This document shows, one piece after another, positions 45,401 to 60,282 of a DNA stretch of 64,000 nucleotides. How positions within the stretch are numbered: position 1 is the stretch's first letter; every line of letters starts with the position of its first letter. The notes under the pieces were generated by a model. The model worked only from the letters and a program-made list of their open reading frames with translations, was not told where the DNA came from and searched no databases. The position numbers and the translations under genes were made by a program. The stretch is taken from the NCBI GenBank assembly GCA_977020255.1, contig CDROCS010006366.1:1-64000 (forward strand), in the 5' to 3' direction. This stretch comes from Obrimoposthia wandeli. Lineage: Eukaryota.

Positions 45401-48400
45401 TCGAATCTAATTGGTTCTATCATAAATAATGATTTTATAATTGTAATCTCAAAAGTTACGTATTATATCGTGTCTTTGAATTGTTGAGAAACTTATATTT
45501 ATATCTGGATGCCTGAATGACACTGAGACATTTTGTCACTTCTATTTATTTTAAATCCAATTTGCGGTAACTTAAAAATAAAAAATATCTTCTTTTCATC
45601 ATTCCGTTAAACAGATTGAAAGAATTTCTAAGCTTCTATATGTACCTATTTAGAACTACATAAAAAGAAAATTAAATCACCGTAATAAAATTGAACTGGT
45701 GCTATAGTTTTAAATCAAAAATTAAATACAGAAAAGATATTCGTTATCTATAAAAATATAACTTAATAGGATGTAAAATAAATTTTGTGGTAAGATTACA
45801 CAATCAGGGTGATATTTGTACCTTTCTTAATGGGAAAATTGGTACGTGAATTGCTTTATAAATTAATTTAGTCGTACTAAAGTTTGAAGTAACATGGAAC
45901 ATTACTAGTCCTTTAATATTTTCATAAGACACATTTTCTCATTTTAGTTGGCGAAATTTTCTCCGCATTTCTCCATTCAATACGATATCAATATGCTAAT
46001 TTAGTTATATTCTTGTAAACAGAAAATCTTGTTACCAATAAATTTTATCTCTTTCTAATGTTTTATCGAATCGATAAAAATTGTTTTTTACACATAATTA
46101 ATCTTCAAACAAACATTTTGAAGGTCATGGGAAAGTTAAGTATTTTGCTTTATAAATTTATATTTATGGTGTGAAAAACCTTTTGAGAAAAGTGGAATTT
46201 TAATTGAAATAATAAATGAAATCCATATTAAAAATATTCATGCACAAAGAGGAACGAATGCGAACTTTTATATACATAGGGCTTTCGAAGTGGTTTAAGA
46301 AAGCAAATATCTGACACTCTAAGTGCTCGATTTTCATTATAAAACGAGGAATGTGTTACCAAAGTTTAAGTATGCAGCGAGTTTTCTCCAAGTTAACTAT
46401 TCGAATTGTGGAAGAAATCACAGGAAAATTGCTATTTTCTAGAATGAATGAAATTTGACCTTAAATAGCTATTTAAAATAAACATATTTAGCTAACCACA
46501 AAAACTCCACTACTGGTTTTTGGCTCAAGAAAATATCGTAATGGATTGAATAAAGTCTACATGTATATACATCATATATCGTTTGGGAATGTTCCATTGC
46601 AAATTAAAATATTAATTTAAATTTAATAAGTTTTGTCGGTTTCTTCCAGTTTTCTTTTGTATGTAAATCTCTATCATTAACAATTCTGATACTACCGAGA
46701 TTGCTGTTTGATCTCGATTAGGGTCGTTAGTGGCAATCTCGATTTGTCCGCTTGTAGGTTGAAGATCATACGTTCAGTACAAGTGATTGTAAGAAAAGTT
46801 TAATTTCTCCGGATAGGTTGACTTATTCGAATACATCAAAATTTTGGGATCTCAGCAGGGTCAGAAATCACACAAAATAACAATTTAGCATCAATATGAA
46901 ACAGAATATTTAGTTACAACAATTAATTATTAACTACGAACTGTATTGGTTTTGGCAGACTTCCTTGTTGCAGACGTGAGCCAAGTATTTCAGGTTGCAC
47001 TTAGAAAGATTCAAATCTCTCACTATTAATAAACGTTCTATAGACATCGAAAATTCATATTCTGTATCCTTAATATCGGTATCCCCAATAAACTCTTCAA
47101 TATTCACCTCCGATATAGCAAATTTTACAAATTACAGTGATAATTTAAGAACAAAAAGTTAACAATATAAAAAAATATTAAAATATCTGTCAGAGTAATA
47201 ATAATATTTTCTTCTAAAAGAATGTAAATAATTGTGATGAAATTTTCCGGATATGACCACAAGGCTATGGTAGACGTTGGCCGGTGAAAGAAACATTTGA
47301 AAAATTATCATGATGATTTCAAAACCTTTTAATAGTCATTCTCAATAATAGTGCAAACGATTTAAAAAATGTCTTTGAAAGAGTTTGTAATTTTTATATT
47401 TTAAGATACTTTTAGACAAGGGTAAGTTAGAGTGACTGATATAATTTGAGAGTTAAATATTATACTATGGGACAAAAATGAAATTTTTATTAAAGTCAAA
47501 ATCTTTATATTTTTTCTTTGAGTCACTATACAAACTTCATGCCGCATCAAGGCTAATTTCTGTATAAAAATGAATGCAAAAAGACAAGGAAAGGTTTCAT
47601 AAAGATTTCCCACAAACAAACGCTTCATTGACATAATTTTAAAAAATCCTTATATTTATATTATTAGGAAGCAAATCGGTCATTCAACAGCAGAAGTAGA
47701 ACCGTTTATGAGAAGTGCTCCTCAAGTTGTGTTTTTTCTAATTTTCAGTTAAATAATGTTAAATATAGTTAAAGAGAGATAAAATCATTGACCCCTAAAC
47801 GGTTAAAATGAGATAAATTTGTCACCAATCGTGTTTTAAAGAAATTTCATTAATATTCGATAATTGTGCAATTTTTTCTACGGTGTGTATTTCGGTAAAC
47901 TAATTAATCTAATTTACCTACATCCTGTCTAAAATGATTCAAATTTTGTTAAAACAATTATGCATAATTTTTAATTATTTGTTAAATGGATCGGAGAAAA
48001 AAATACAGTATAAATAATAGGGATACATTAATGAAATATTAATTCATCGTCAACATCTGTGAATAGCAGGTTCCCAGAAAGATCAATTGGGGTATTAATT
48101 TAGAACAATTTTATTAAAAATTTATATCTATTTTTTATTATTTAAAATTTATTTTTCTTTTATTGCTTTTTTAGTGTCAATCGGATTTCTAAACCCTCTC
48201 ATCATAATTAATTATTTATTAACAGTATCGCAGGCCACAAAAAGAAATAATGTTTCTTTGAAAAGGGATGTAAAATAAATTTATAATCCACAACTAACTT
48301 TAAATTTTCTATATCTAACTCAATTACAATTTTCATAATTATTTGTCATTATTATTATAATTAGACAAATGTTAATGAATTAGACAAAAATTCATTGTGA

Positions 48401-51400
48401 AATTGGCAGATCTGATCGTTGAAAAATGATAAGTTTGAAAGTTAATGACATAGTAAATTTTAAAATATTCCATAATTAATTTAAATTATTCAAAATTCGA
48501 AAGGAAAGATAAAATACAAAATTTGTATCAACGGAAGTTTTTATATATTATATTTGTCATACGATATTTATTTGAACGTTTGAGTACATTCTTAAAAAAC
48601 ATTCAACGATTCTAAGGTAAAAATAAGAAGATTTAGAAATCAATGGCACCGATTTGATCCAAAAAGCATTTTCATTAAATAATCCGAAAAATGTTTAGAG
48701 TTTTATATTATTTTAAAAATGTAATCATGTTAAGTAACTTTTCTTACATTAGTCGCTTTAATAAATTAATTATTTTCTTTTAGGGATTTAAAATATTTTC
48801 TTCCATTTTCTTTAGACAGGATAGAAAACTAAAATATTCAGTAAAAATGCGAAACTCTAACCTGTAAATGTCCAGACCCAAAATAATTGATTTTCGTAAC
48901 TCTTTCAGAGTTTCAATATTCATATTAATTATATTAAAATGCAATTGGTAAATGATTGAGCCATTAACAATTCCTTTAAAATTCAATATCTATTTATAGT
49001 ATATTTCCAGATATGTTTTAATAATTTTGTATTCTTGAAATTATGCTTAAATGATTATTTGTAAATTACATACCTTATTATTTAGCTCTCATATTGACTT
49101 AGAAAATTTAATCCATTGAATGAATTTGAGATTAAGTTAGAATTTCATAATTATCTAAACAACTACAAACATCTAAAATACTCCAGAAACGTAAAACCGA
49201 ATTTAGATGACTTCATAAAATTGTTTTCTATTTCTCTTTAAAGTTGAACCCTCTTTGAACCTCAATTTTAGATCAACTTATATTTCTGTCATAAATACTC
49301 AAAATTTCATTCTAAACTAATAATATTAATTAATAGAAATTGGTGGAACTTTTGAAAAATGAAAAATGGGAAAAGATAATAAAATAATATTGTAAACAAA
49401 GAAACATTAACCCGAGAAAATCAAAACTCAACGGGTGAAAAATCAGTATAAATAGGCCGAATTTTGAGTCAAAAGTTTTATAAATAGAAAGGCGTTAAAA
49501 CGGGTGTGGGTATCCGCAGTCCTCCTTAAAGGAATTATAACAAATTACAACAAAGATACTATTTTTAAGGTAACTTTTGACTTCTACGTAAGGCTGAGCA
49601 TTTAAGTAAAATATGTTAAGAACCATATGGAAATAATTTTAGATATGAAAATTTTATAACTTTTAATTAAATTTGTCTTTAATTTTTCTAATATTTAAAT
49701 GTTAATGTTAAATATTTTTCGTTCAAAATCATTTTTCGTGTATTATTTTAATTTTTCGAAATAATTTTTTAAACATTTTAAAATTATATATTTCATAGAA
49801 ACAATTAATAACTATCAATTTTAACAATTCACATAGTTCACATTTTTTAAAATTTGAATGATATTCATTCTACAGTTTTTTGTCTAGTATTTCAGTTTTC
49901 TATACGAAATTTCAAAACGGATTTTATCGTTTTTGCTAAAGATTATTTATCATACACTTCAGGAATCAATTACATGTAAGCCTGATTCTCGGGTAAAGAT
50001 TTTGGGAAAAGATAGCTTTCATCATTAACTAGAACTGTATAAAATCCTTTAAGCGCAATAAAGAGCCAATTGCACGATCATATGTGTGCTCTCTATATAC
50101 AAACACACGCTCTAACAAAAGGAGTCAAACACCCAATCCCACTTTAAATTATAATTCTGCTCGAAATAGAAAATAAACATATATTAGTATTCCTGTACTT
50201 CTTTCGTCGTAGTGTACACATACCACCAATATTTCTGCAGCTTTACCTTTCAGCAACTTCAATAGTTAAATAATTTTACGGAAAAATTATTAAAAAAAAT
50301 TACAATAATTAAATTTCTCATTAATTTGATTTATTTTTTATCTATTCTTTATTTTAAATGATGAAATTAAATAATTTAGAGCAATGTTTTGGTACACAAT
50401 TTCATAATCCAATTTGTGTTTGTGTACATCAATTTTATGTAATCTTTTAAATAAAGTGGTTTAAAAAAATAAATTTTCATATTTACTTCTAGAACAGCAG
50501 ACTTATTAAATAAAGACGGATTAAATACATTAACTATATTTAGAAGTGTACGATATCAAAAGAAATACTGCCTTTATTGTGTTTTACATTTTTGCGATTC
50601 TCATAGCGTCACTGGTCAGATTAAAAAGACAAAAAATATTATGTAACACGCAGAGAGAAAAAATTAGTGCTTATATGATATTACTTTTGCTGTTAATGCT
50701 GTTGTTTTATTTATATAGTCAGAATTAAAATTATTTCTGTAGATCAACAATGACGCAGTGGGAATTGATGTGACAAAATCACCAGGAGTTGCTGTAATGC
50801 AACTGATTGGGCAGAAAATATTCCCTTATCAACATGAGACATTTTTCTCCTAAACGTATTTGCAAAGAAAAATGCGATTTACAAATTATTTATCATATGA
50901 GATGATGAACACGCTGGTTGGTTTTTCGAACATGAAAGCGACTAGACGAAGATAAAATACATTTGTATAATCATCCTAAATAATTTTGTGAATCTTATTA
51001 TTTGAGGGAGATTTTAACTACAACTTCTAAACATAATCAAAATTAGTTATATGTTTATAATTATTTCTGAAATTTAATTTATTATGAACTTAATGTCATT
51101 TGAAATATATTATTAAATGAAAAGTTATTAAATGTATTCAATACTTTATTATCTAAATAATGTGGTGAAAAAAATTCTAAAATTATTTCTAATGTAAAAT
51201 TAACATAACCAATTAATAATCTATACTTAAATTTGTACATTAATAACTTTTAACTCAATACAGATGGGTCGATAAAAACTGTACAGAAGTTCTTATAGCA
51301 TTTACATAATTGTATGGATACAATTTAAATTGATCGGTTCGAGTCGAAAATGTCCTCTTGTAAGACTAAGAATTATTAAATTTTCAATTTTTTTTATTGT

Positions 51401-52939
51401 TTGACATTGTATGACTTAAATTTTATATTTTGCTCTTTAATTTATTATCACCCCAATATCATTTCACCATAATGCCGAATGATTAGAAGCCCAGTGCTTG
51501 TATCCTTGCAACTGGACAGTCCCATCTCGCAAGTGCGTGTTCATTCTACACCGCAATCTCGTCTTGCTTGTCGTCACTGTATATGTCACGTTCGAAAAGA
51601 AACGGAGCTTGTAGCGCTTTGTGGCGATGTCAAAATATGGTGCCTTGACTTTATTCAAAATGATAGGAGATTTGAAGTTATTTGGGAAAACCTATAAATT
51701 CACCATAATTTGCGTTCTCAACAAGCTGATCTTCTTTCAGCCGAGTTGGAATCGATTTATAAATGGTTTGCCGGATCGAGTTATTCATTTCCTGTGGTTT
51801 CTGTGTGGTTGGGAAGCAATGCTCAAACCACCTGGCTGAACGAAGACGCGAGCTCCGTCTCTTCCATTATCCCTGCCTATTTATAAACACGTCGAAATTT
51901 CCTCAGTCCACATAATTACAGTTTGACCTTGAATGCAGCGACCTCATCTGCCAACTTAAACAGTTGTCATTTTCCTTCAAGGTGAGCGAATGAGTTCGTT
52001 GAACAGATTGAATATGTCACACAGGTAAGCTACGTTTGGAATCCCTTCGGTGAAACATTTAGTGTGGGTCCTCTGTCATCAATGACTCTGTCACGGAGTC
52101 GTCCTTATATTTGCCAACCAGCTGCTAGATGGTTCGATTAGTCTTTTGTCACATAATGCATGTGTGACGATCGATGTGCAGTTAATAAATCCGTAAGAAA
52201 TCATTCCAATGTTCTATGATTCCTATATTTTAAACTGATGTTAAATGCATTTAGGAAGGTGTGAAATTGTTTATAAATTTGTCCCAACTTCTACTTTTTA
52301 ATTTGAAACTCTGTACCGCATGTGGAACCTGTTATTTAGCAATTTACAGCACATGTATTCTTCAATAAATAGAGTCTTAACAAGTCTTGAAAATGCAGTT
52401 GATTGTTTCTGTCCTTGACACAACTGATCTCAAGTCACCGATGTTCTGGGAGAATCGATAACTCCATGGTTTCTTAAGTGGGTTATAAAATATTTTTTCC
52501 TTTTATATTTCCGACAGAGCCGGTTCTATAGTGAAACATGAATTTTGAATAGGCAACTGTGGGTTTCTTTAAAGAATTTATGATTTTATTTTAATTATTT
52601 TTTGCATTGTTTTATTGAATATGAACTCCTTATTACAAAAATTCACAAATAAGTTCAGTACCTGTTATTTTAAGATAATGTAATAAATAAACCACATCAG
52701 CAGTGAAAGCTGGCGGAATGATAAGTGTGAATTGCCGGAGGAGATCAACAATGAAGGTATAGGAATTTTGTGTACCTGGATCCCAACCAATGCGATATGA
52801 TAGGGAATGAGTGGATATACATCGCCGCAGCTCAATGTTCACTGAGGTCCTAGGAAGGAAAAGTGTGGTTATTTGATGTTGCAAAAGCCAGTATCAGGAA
52901 CATGCACAGAAAGATGATAATTGGTAACGACAGAACTAA

Positions 52940-53300
52940 GCAATTTAGGGAAAGGGGAGTAATAGAGAAGTTCCATGAGCTCCCACAAGAAGCGTTGCTC
53001 TTTCCCTATTTATTTGGTTTATATCAATGACACACTGGATGGATGAGTCCGTGTAGATGTTCAGAATGTCTTCAGATGATCTGACCTTCTGAGGATGGGG
53101 CAAAAGAGTCAATGATGATACCAGGAAAGTCCAAGAGACAACTGACAACGTGAATGAGGGACACCGGGAGTGGTTGATGATGCTGAAGGCCGAACAGTCG
53201 GAAATGTTCTCTATGGCCAGCTGAAACGCAAAATCCTAATCTGAGGTGCAAATCAACGGAGTGGCATCCAAGCTTCAGAAGTTCTCAGCACTTCTAGAAA
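52940..53300 (+). mobile_element. CR1-like LINE reverse transcriptase remnant
   Basis: PQEALLFPIYLVYINDTLDG...RMSSDDL...KVQETTD...EWLMML resembles PQGSVLGPxLFxxYINDL...MFADD...LQxDLD...W.M.F. Confidence 0.55.
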
Positions 53301-53479
53301 TCACCTATGAGAAGATAATTAAAACACACAACACAAAATTTGAACATATATACATTATATTTTATTCACATTCGTTATAATATAATACTTAATTAATATA
53401 CTACTACTAAACTTAATTAAAAAAATATGTTTAATAATACTATTTATCATGTGCTACAAATTTTAAATGATCAATAACA

Positions 53480-53990
53480 TTGGCATTTTTATCTTAAGAT
53501 GTTAATAGTTTTCTGTGCGTTGAGCGCAGTTTCGATACATATTTTTCTGCTTCTCCGACTCTTCTCCACTTAAATATCGCTCTGTTCATATTTCATTGAT
53601 ACTTCGTCATTGTTGGTACTGTTAATAAAAATCCAAATGTTGGGATTTTGAGCTGCAACTTGTTCCTCAAATCCTCAATGACACCCTTCAACGGAATTGT
53701 TCGTTCGTGGTATTCTTTGAAGAACAACACGGTGTATCTTCCACACTCAATGAGAAAAGGCTGGTGTCGATATAGATCTCTTCTGTCTGGGCGTCCGATC
53801 CAAGTATCTTCGAAATAGTCCACAACCTCCTGAGGAAATATAAAGTTCTCACATACTTGTTCAAAAACGTCCGTCACTGTTGGTATTAGCGCGAATGCGA
53901 TTGCTGTCAACATCATCATGTTTAATGAAAAGTTAGCTTCAGATTTACATCGTTGTTTCAATCCCTTATTTTGTATTCGGGTCGGGAAAT
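53480..53990 (-). mobile_element. MULE (Mutator-like) transposase remnant
   Basis: LTAIAF...VVDYFEDTWIGRPDRR resembles the MULE C-terminal ALAFVP...LDYFExTWIG motif. Confidence 0.75.
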
Positions 53991-54329
53991 AAGTGGTAAG
54001 CTTCCCTAGCGAAGCAGTGCTGGAGGAGGCAAAACATGTACAACAGAGCTAGAGCAAGGGCAGCTGCTGTCATCGCCCACAATGGAAGCTGAGGGTTTGA
54101 CCTCAACAACCAACGAATGAAAGTTGTCGAGAACAACGCAAGTTCTAAAGTGAAGCCGTGTGGATGGAGAAAAGACGCAAATAATGGTTGGGGGACTATC
54201 TTTAGAGAGGTTACAGATAAGTTAAGTGCTTTTGGAAAGACTGTTGGGAAAAGCTGCTATGTAGATTATTCTGATCAGTTTGTTTTAGAAATTCCGTTTC
54301 TAGGTTGAGTTCTCTTATGTATGTTGATG

Positions 54330-54900
54330 ATAAACATTCCAGATAAGACATGTACAGAATATTTCCCCAAAAAGCATGTTTATCGGCAACACAAGGCCTT
54401 CAATTACGATTGGTTGAGTACTCGTATCTGACGAAGAAGACGGTGCATATTGTATCCCTTGTGAATTTTACGAAATATAAGCTGATAAACAGTAACAAAC
54501 TGTAGCGACTCATGGGTAAACCTTTGGGAGTGCGGACATCAGCAAGTAGAAAGATCAGAGTCTGAATCCCAATCATAAGTGCATAAGTCGGCTGTAAGAA
54601 CAGCACACGAATGTCAGAAGTCAATGGAGAACCAATGCACCAATTCTACACCACAATCACTCTGGTGGCATATTGAAACAAGAAAACAGGAAGAAAATGT
54701 ACCCTCTTTTGAAGATATCCCTACTCTGTGACCGACAAAACTTACCACTAAGAGACCACATATGTCAGGAAAGGTAATTTTCACAAACCTTTGGAATTTG
54801 ACTTTGACACTGCAGATGAGACCTTACAAACCAATTTTGTTAACATCCCCCACAGAAGGGATTTTCCCGCTGCAACATTGCCTGATAGCATTGGGTGAAC
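54330..54900 (+). mobile_element. hAT-type (ZMYM1-like) transposase remnant
   Basis: DGAYCIPC (TTF-type Zn finger) and DRQNLPLRDH (RQxxxLRGH motif). Confidence 0.6.
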
Positions 54901-56289
54901 TAGAAACCCAATGGCGAGAGTTGTCTAGTCTGTATCAAGAGGAACAACTGCTGTCGTAACACCAGCACAAATGACCAAGAACAATGACTGGCGTGTGAAG
55001 TTCTGGAAAGTGGCAAATCCCTACCTCGATGATCGTCCTAATGACGAGTGGTCACCAGCAGAATTAGAGTTGCGGAAACCTTGGAGCAACGGAAGACTGA
55101 TTTACCAGACTCCACTCAATCTAATTTGCAGGCCTTGGATAATATTTCCCCCCCCCAAAAAAATAAATCTGTGAAATAACATACAGAATTCCAGTGGAAA
55201 CGCGCAAATGCGAGCGTCCTGTATCTGGTCTTCGGTGTGTGAAATCGTACATCAGTACTACAAAGAGGCAGAATGGTCTAATCAGCCCTTCCACATGTTC
55301 CTCTTGGAAATCACTCTGGACGGAATGGTTAACATTTCTTCACGTCGGAATCCTTGTCGATCGACAATTATGACATGTTGCTGACATTCTGAATGTTGAT
55401 GCTGACTATTATAATCTTTGTAAAGTTATTTACATAAAAAGTTTCGTTAGTCATTTGACAGTTTCCATATTTCAAACTCTAATGCTGAAACTATGTAAAT
55501 CTTTAGCTGTGATCTACGCAAAACGAACCATACATAATCCACACAGCACATTTCCCTTTATACAATCTCTATTATAAATCATCAAAATAAACAAATCTTT
55601 CAAAATGCTTGATCTTCTGTTGCTAGTTGGATCCGCGCTGTAAATAACGATTAGAGAAAAAGGTATTTTCAATCACTGAGATTAATTTTGTTCATATTAT
55701 CTAGGGAATTTTGTGAAACAAAAATTTGATCGACAGTTTGATTAGCAATGGCTAAGTGAATTTTGAAATCATTTTCTATTTGTGGGAATCCAAAGAAAAC
55801 TGTTCCGAATCAAGGGAACTCCACTGCGATTGTATCTGAGGTTGATGAAAGCTAACCTGTCAAATTGTCTGGATTGGAGTCTGCGTATGGCTGGGAAGAA
55901 GCGGTGAAGTCGTGTTCCCGCCATATCTGATTGATTGTCTTATCGCTATTGTTCAGACAACCGAGAAATCTGGTCCAGAAGCAGTACGCGCTTGCTTTGT
56001 TGCTCCTGCTGAGTCCTCGGTGGCAACACCCCACAATGGAACTCTTCCGACGAGTGACCCAGACTTGGATTCTATTGATAGCTAATCTTCCATCTTCTCA
56101 CATTCTTCAGTCCATTATTTTAATCAAGATTTTGCCATTACAATTGTGCGATGATGTCGCTGTTTAAATACACATTTTATAGACTACAAATGCTACCGTT
56201 TCTTCAGCATGATCAGAAAAGGAAAATTCTCCAATACAGAACTTGCATTTTGCTCCGAATTTATCCTGACAAAGCATGATCAGTGGCAT

Positions 56290-56760
56290 GTTATTCCCCC
56301 TTTCTATGGGTGAAATTTATATGAAGGCTGCTTAATAAATTCAACAATTCCAAAACGTTAGCGTAATCGGTCTTTTGTTGTTGAAATAAATAAAGTAATT
56401 GCATTTTGATCTGATCTGAGAGTGAAGCTTATTCCATATAAATGGTGTTTGAAATTCTGAGTAAAATAGCAACTGCTAGTAATTCTTTTCTCGTAATGCG
56501 GTATCCCATGTCTTCTCCATTTTCATTGAAAGGACTTAAAACTGCACCTTTGCTGTCAAAATAAAACCAGCGTTACATTTTTTTGAAAGAATTGTCAAAT
56601 TTATCCGTCCAAAATATGTATTTATTTTTATTTGTTCTTCTAGTGGTCTTGTTAATCCAGAAACCATTTCAATAGAACCACGCAGATCCGTACACATTTT
56701 GGTGGGTGAGAAACCCTAAATCAGCATTTTCATGCTCATCAGTTCTAATGCAGTCGGTAT
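56290..56760 (-). mobile_element. Ty3/Gypsy pol (RT tether/RNase H) remnant
   Basis: GAVLS...TRKELLAVA and YFTQNFKHHLYGISFTLRSDQ, with frameshifts. Confidence 0.5.
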
Positions 56761-56822
56761 TTAGTACATAACCTAAACATTTTTTTTCTTTGTCTAAAAA
56801 ATTACATTTGTTGTGTTTTGAT

Positions 56823-59050
56823 TTAAAATTTGGTTAATATAAGGCGTTCGAAAACATGTTGCAATTTTAATACGGGCTCTTTCGTGTTTCTAACACCACT
56901 CTGATAGACGACTAAGTAATTAGAGTGCCTAATACTTGTCTGCCGGAGAAAAATACCTTTGGCTCTCATCTGAGATTCACCTTCTGTAGTCTCTAGGCTA
57001 TATGATTTTGGAAGTAGAAAAATCCCTTGCCTATAGCTAAATAATCCTTTGCTCTCATCTTTAAATTTGCCAATCGCTGTATTAAGCGTCGTATAAAGCG
57101 GATGGGTTTTTGGAAATTCCGAGGTATCCAACAGTCCATCAGCAATCATAGCAGGTAACAGTGATTCTTGAACATTTACATTATTGCACTTCAAGAAAAA
57201 GCTATCAGTGTCACCCGCTATAATTCTAATGTCACAGTTAAATTGAGCTCGATATTTCTCCAACTGCTCATATTGTAGCTCATACATACGAAGTTTGCTA
57301 GAGTCCAGACCATCTTCGCCATCTCATATTGTGCTGGCTTGATCTTCTCATCCCACTTTGGCGGTAACCTGGTGATTGCGCAAAATCTGATACTGCCATA
57401 TTAAATGGAAAGATGCCCTTAGCGCTCACGAGATGTTGCGGAAAGACGAATGTGTTAGAGGAGTCACACCTAGAGGTTTTCCACAAGTTTTTCAAGTCTG
57501 ATGTTCAAAAATTGCAAGGAATCTTTAAAGCGAATACAGACTCTTCCAATATGCACCATCATAGCCTGAAATTTCTCTGTTGATTGAGGTATAATTCAGT
57601 CAGGAAACTTGCATAGTGCGTGTTTCAGTATGTGATGCATGTCATAACCCATCAAATTATGAAAAATGACGGGAAAAGGGCGATTCAGTCACACTTGATA
57701 AGTTGCATTTCGTATGCGCTGCTCCGAGGTATTCGGCCGTCATGAGATCGTGATCTTGAACTTTGTTTGTCAGTTTCGTCTTATACAGGTAACAGATTCT
57801 TGCAGCATTGAAACTTGATACCTGTTCCTGTGTGAGTTGTCGCATCACCTCGATTGCATGCTTTTTGTACCATGGGAGTACAACCTCTTTCGCCAAGTCC
57901 TCTAATTTCAGCAAAAAGAATATCACATAAGATTCCCCTGTAAAGACCGAGTATTCATGTGTGTACCCTGTCGTAGCTGCAACGGGAGACATGAGCATAC
58001 CGGTCGAGATTGGAAGCTGACTCTGATGATGGATTCCATGCGGTGGCAGCACAGCCTCAAAGTCCGCGTAAACAGCAAAAGGCGGAGAAATCGTTTTTGA
58101 AAAGTCCTTAAACTCAATATGCTTCTCTGTAGGCATAGAATAAAGTGTTGTATGATCTAAATTCATCCTACAGAGTAACTTATTGCTCTCTGGAACCCAT
58201 GAATACATTTATGGCACCAAGTACACCGAATGCAATTAGATACACCTTTGTTCCTATAATTATGCAGCCTATTGAGTTTAGGAATACCGACATAATGAAA
58301 ATTATCATTATTTTCTAAAAGGAGAAGATTTATTGGGGTAGCGTCCGGGTTTTTTGTTCTTTAAAATACATCCACATAGGGATTTTTAAAGATATCCCTA
58401 TCCGTTTGCACATTAGAAAACTTATTGAATGTAAATACATTGATTGAGAGAGATGGATTATTTCTCTCAAATCGCTGTATATTACATAGACGCATCGGCA
58501 TCTCATTCTCGTCAAAAACTAATTGACTCAACAGGGTATCATATTGATTAACCCGATGAGGATTAGAGCGAAATACGTCGCAGAAAAGTACAGCTAAGAT
58601 ACTGTAAAGGAAACAAAAAGGGTTAGAATTCTGCACATTGATAATGCAATGTGATAGTGCTAACTCAGATGGAGTAGGTATATAACTACTCCCCTGGAGA
58701 TAGTTCATTGTTGTTGTTTTAGTCACAACAAACGAAATCTCCAGGAAGCGGTTCACTACCCAATTACTGCTACTCTGGGAATAATTCTAAATCTTCTTAT
58801 TGATCCCATCTACTCCCGCATCTATAAACCCATCATCCATGGGGAGCCCTTTATTGGAAAAATGCCAAGTACGTGTTTCTCCAATATTGGAAAATTCAAC
58901 ACGCACCCCGAATTGCACCTTACAAGTCGCGAACCTGCTGGCTGTATACTTTAAGCTAGTCAAAAGTAAATCGGGAACTTGTAAATCAATTACATTGTCA
59001 TTAGAAACATATAATGACAATGTCGCAATCGTGCCCCGAAGACTAGTCTT
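56823..59050 (-). pseudogene. pPolB: pPolB remnants with an internal deletion of motifs A and B
   Basis: SSYIPTP, VYADFEA, VQDHDLMTAEYLG, AGDTDS, GKFKDES. The junction EDGLD|SSKLRMYELQY lies near 57305. Confidence 0.9.
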
Positions 59051-59347
59051 TCACTTAACACGATCAACCCTGGCAACTTCGCAACAGAGCTACCTGAAGT
59101 GGACATAACACTTCTCTTGCGGGTAGATGCTGGTAACAGCGCAGTGATCATACCAACTGTTGATGAAGGAGGCATAACTGGAAGCACAGTAGAGGGGACA
59201 GAAGATGCAGGATATGGCATTGGATTTGGAGCTGGCAACGGGATTGGATTTGGTGAATTGCTTGATGCTGCTATGGGAGATGTTGCAGACACGGGAGCAC
59301 GAGTTGTGGATGAAGTTGAGGGCTGCTACTTGGATGGAAACCCGATA

Positions 59348-59512
59348 CTATTCTGAGGAGAAGCTAGGAAGATTGCCTTCTTCCCTCAAGCATACAAATA
59401 GATGCTCCCGGTGCTGGTCCACGAAGTCGGTCCACTCATCCTCTTGAACGCTCTCACATTGTGGACAGATGAAATACTGTCCCCGGTTGAAAATTATTTG
59501 ACTTGCATGCAT
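59348..59512 (-). pseudogene. Zn-finger-like leader homologue, followed by a Ser/Pro/Ala linker to about 59050
   Basis: MHASQIIFNRGQYFICPQCESVQEDEWTDFVDQHREHLFVC aligns with copy-1 RGLHFFVCPFCRTMEEKEFRDFFSEHRAHLSC; TATAAACA 35 nt upstream. Confidence 0.7.
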
Positions 59513-59734
59513 GATGGCGAACAATAAAGCATAGCTTATTGTTTATATTGCAAATATAAATATTAAAATTAATAAATTTTAAATTAATAATGAAAATTTT
59601 TAAGTTTGACATAATTGAAATTTGAAAAGGAGTTAGTTACTGTTTATTCTTTATTATATAGCAAAATCTAGAAATAATATTTACAAAAGGCTTGACAAAT
59701 CAGAAAATTCGAATTAAATTTATTCGAATTTTAA

Positions 59735-60262
59735 TTATCTTAAGTTGAAAGTAGTTAATTTTAAACTAAATAAGTTTATTTTAAATTTAAATAATCCAAA
59801 CACGCAGACAGGCATTTTATAAGCGCAATGTTGTCCATGCTCATTATATGGACAATTAATGTTTTGGGGAATAGAGGATAGCTGTTTCAACGATTTAGAG
59901 TAATTTGTGACTCTAAATTCGGGGAAATATTTATTGATTGTCTTTATTTTAGCACCATCATATTCATCCAAAACAAAGAAAATTGATTTGGATACATCAC
60001 AACAACGTTTTATTTCCTCAGTTATTTCTTTTATCCTAAAATAACTATTCCAATCAGCTAGATTTAATCGATGGTGATCCTTAATGAGATATCTATTTAT
60101 TTTTCTAGATTTTCCACTCATGATAGACCATATAGGAAGCATTTTAAAAACATAATGTTCGGAAAATAAAATATTATCCACATTCATTTTGCACAATTCC
60201 TTCATAAGGAATTCATTATTTGACCCGATGAAAGCTTCAAAATCAATAAAATAAACATACAT
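59735..60262 (-). CDS. DEDD-like exonuclease-type accessory protein (3' end probably frameshifted)
   Basis: FIDFEAF...KELC...HHRL..W...CPYNEHGQHCAYK; homologous to 15778-16264. Confidence 0.6.
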   Translation of the reverse strand: MYVYFIDFEAFIGSNNEFLMKELCKMNVDNILFSEHYVFKMLPIWSIMSGKSRKINRYLIKDHHRLNLADWNSYFRIKEITEEIKRCCDVSKSIFFVLDEYDGAKIKTINKYFPEFRVTNYSKSLKQLSSIPQNINCPYNEHGQHCAYKMPVCVFGLFKFKINLFSLKLTTFNLR

Positions 60263-60282
60263 TTTTAATCAATTCGTTTTAT

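Noticed and set aside
46740-47130. Possible LRR fragments on the - strand (DLNLSKCNL, KLNFSYNHL)
   Set aside because: Two short matches with stops and no convincing exon structure.
51464-51700. Possible Penelope GIY-YIG remnant
   Set aside because: Weak resemblance only; the key motif is absent.
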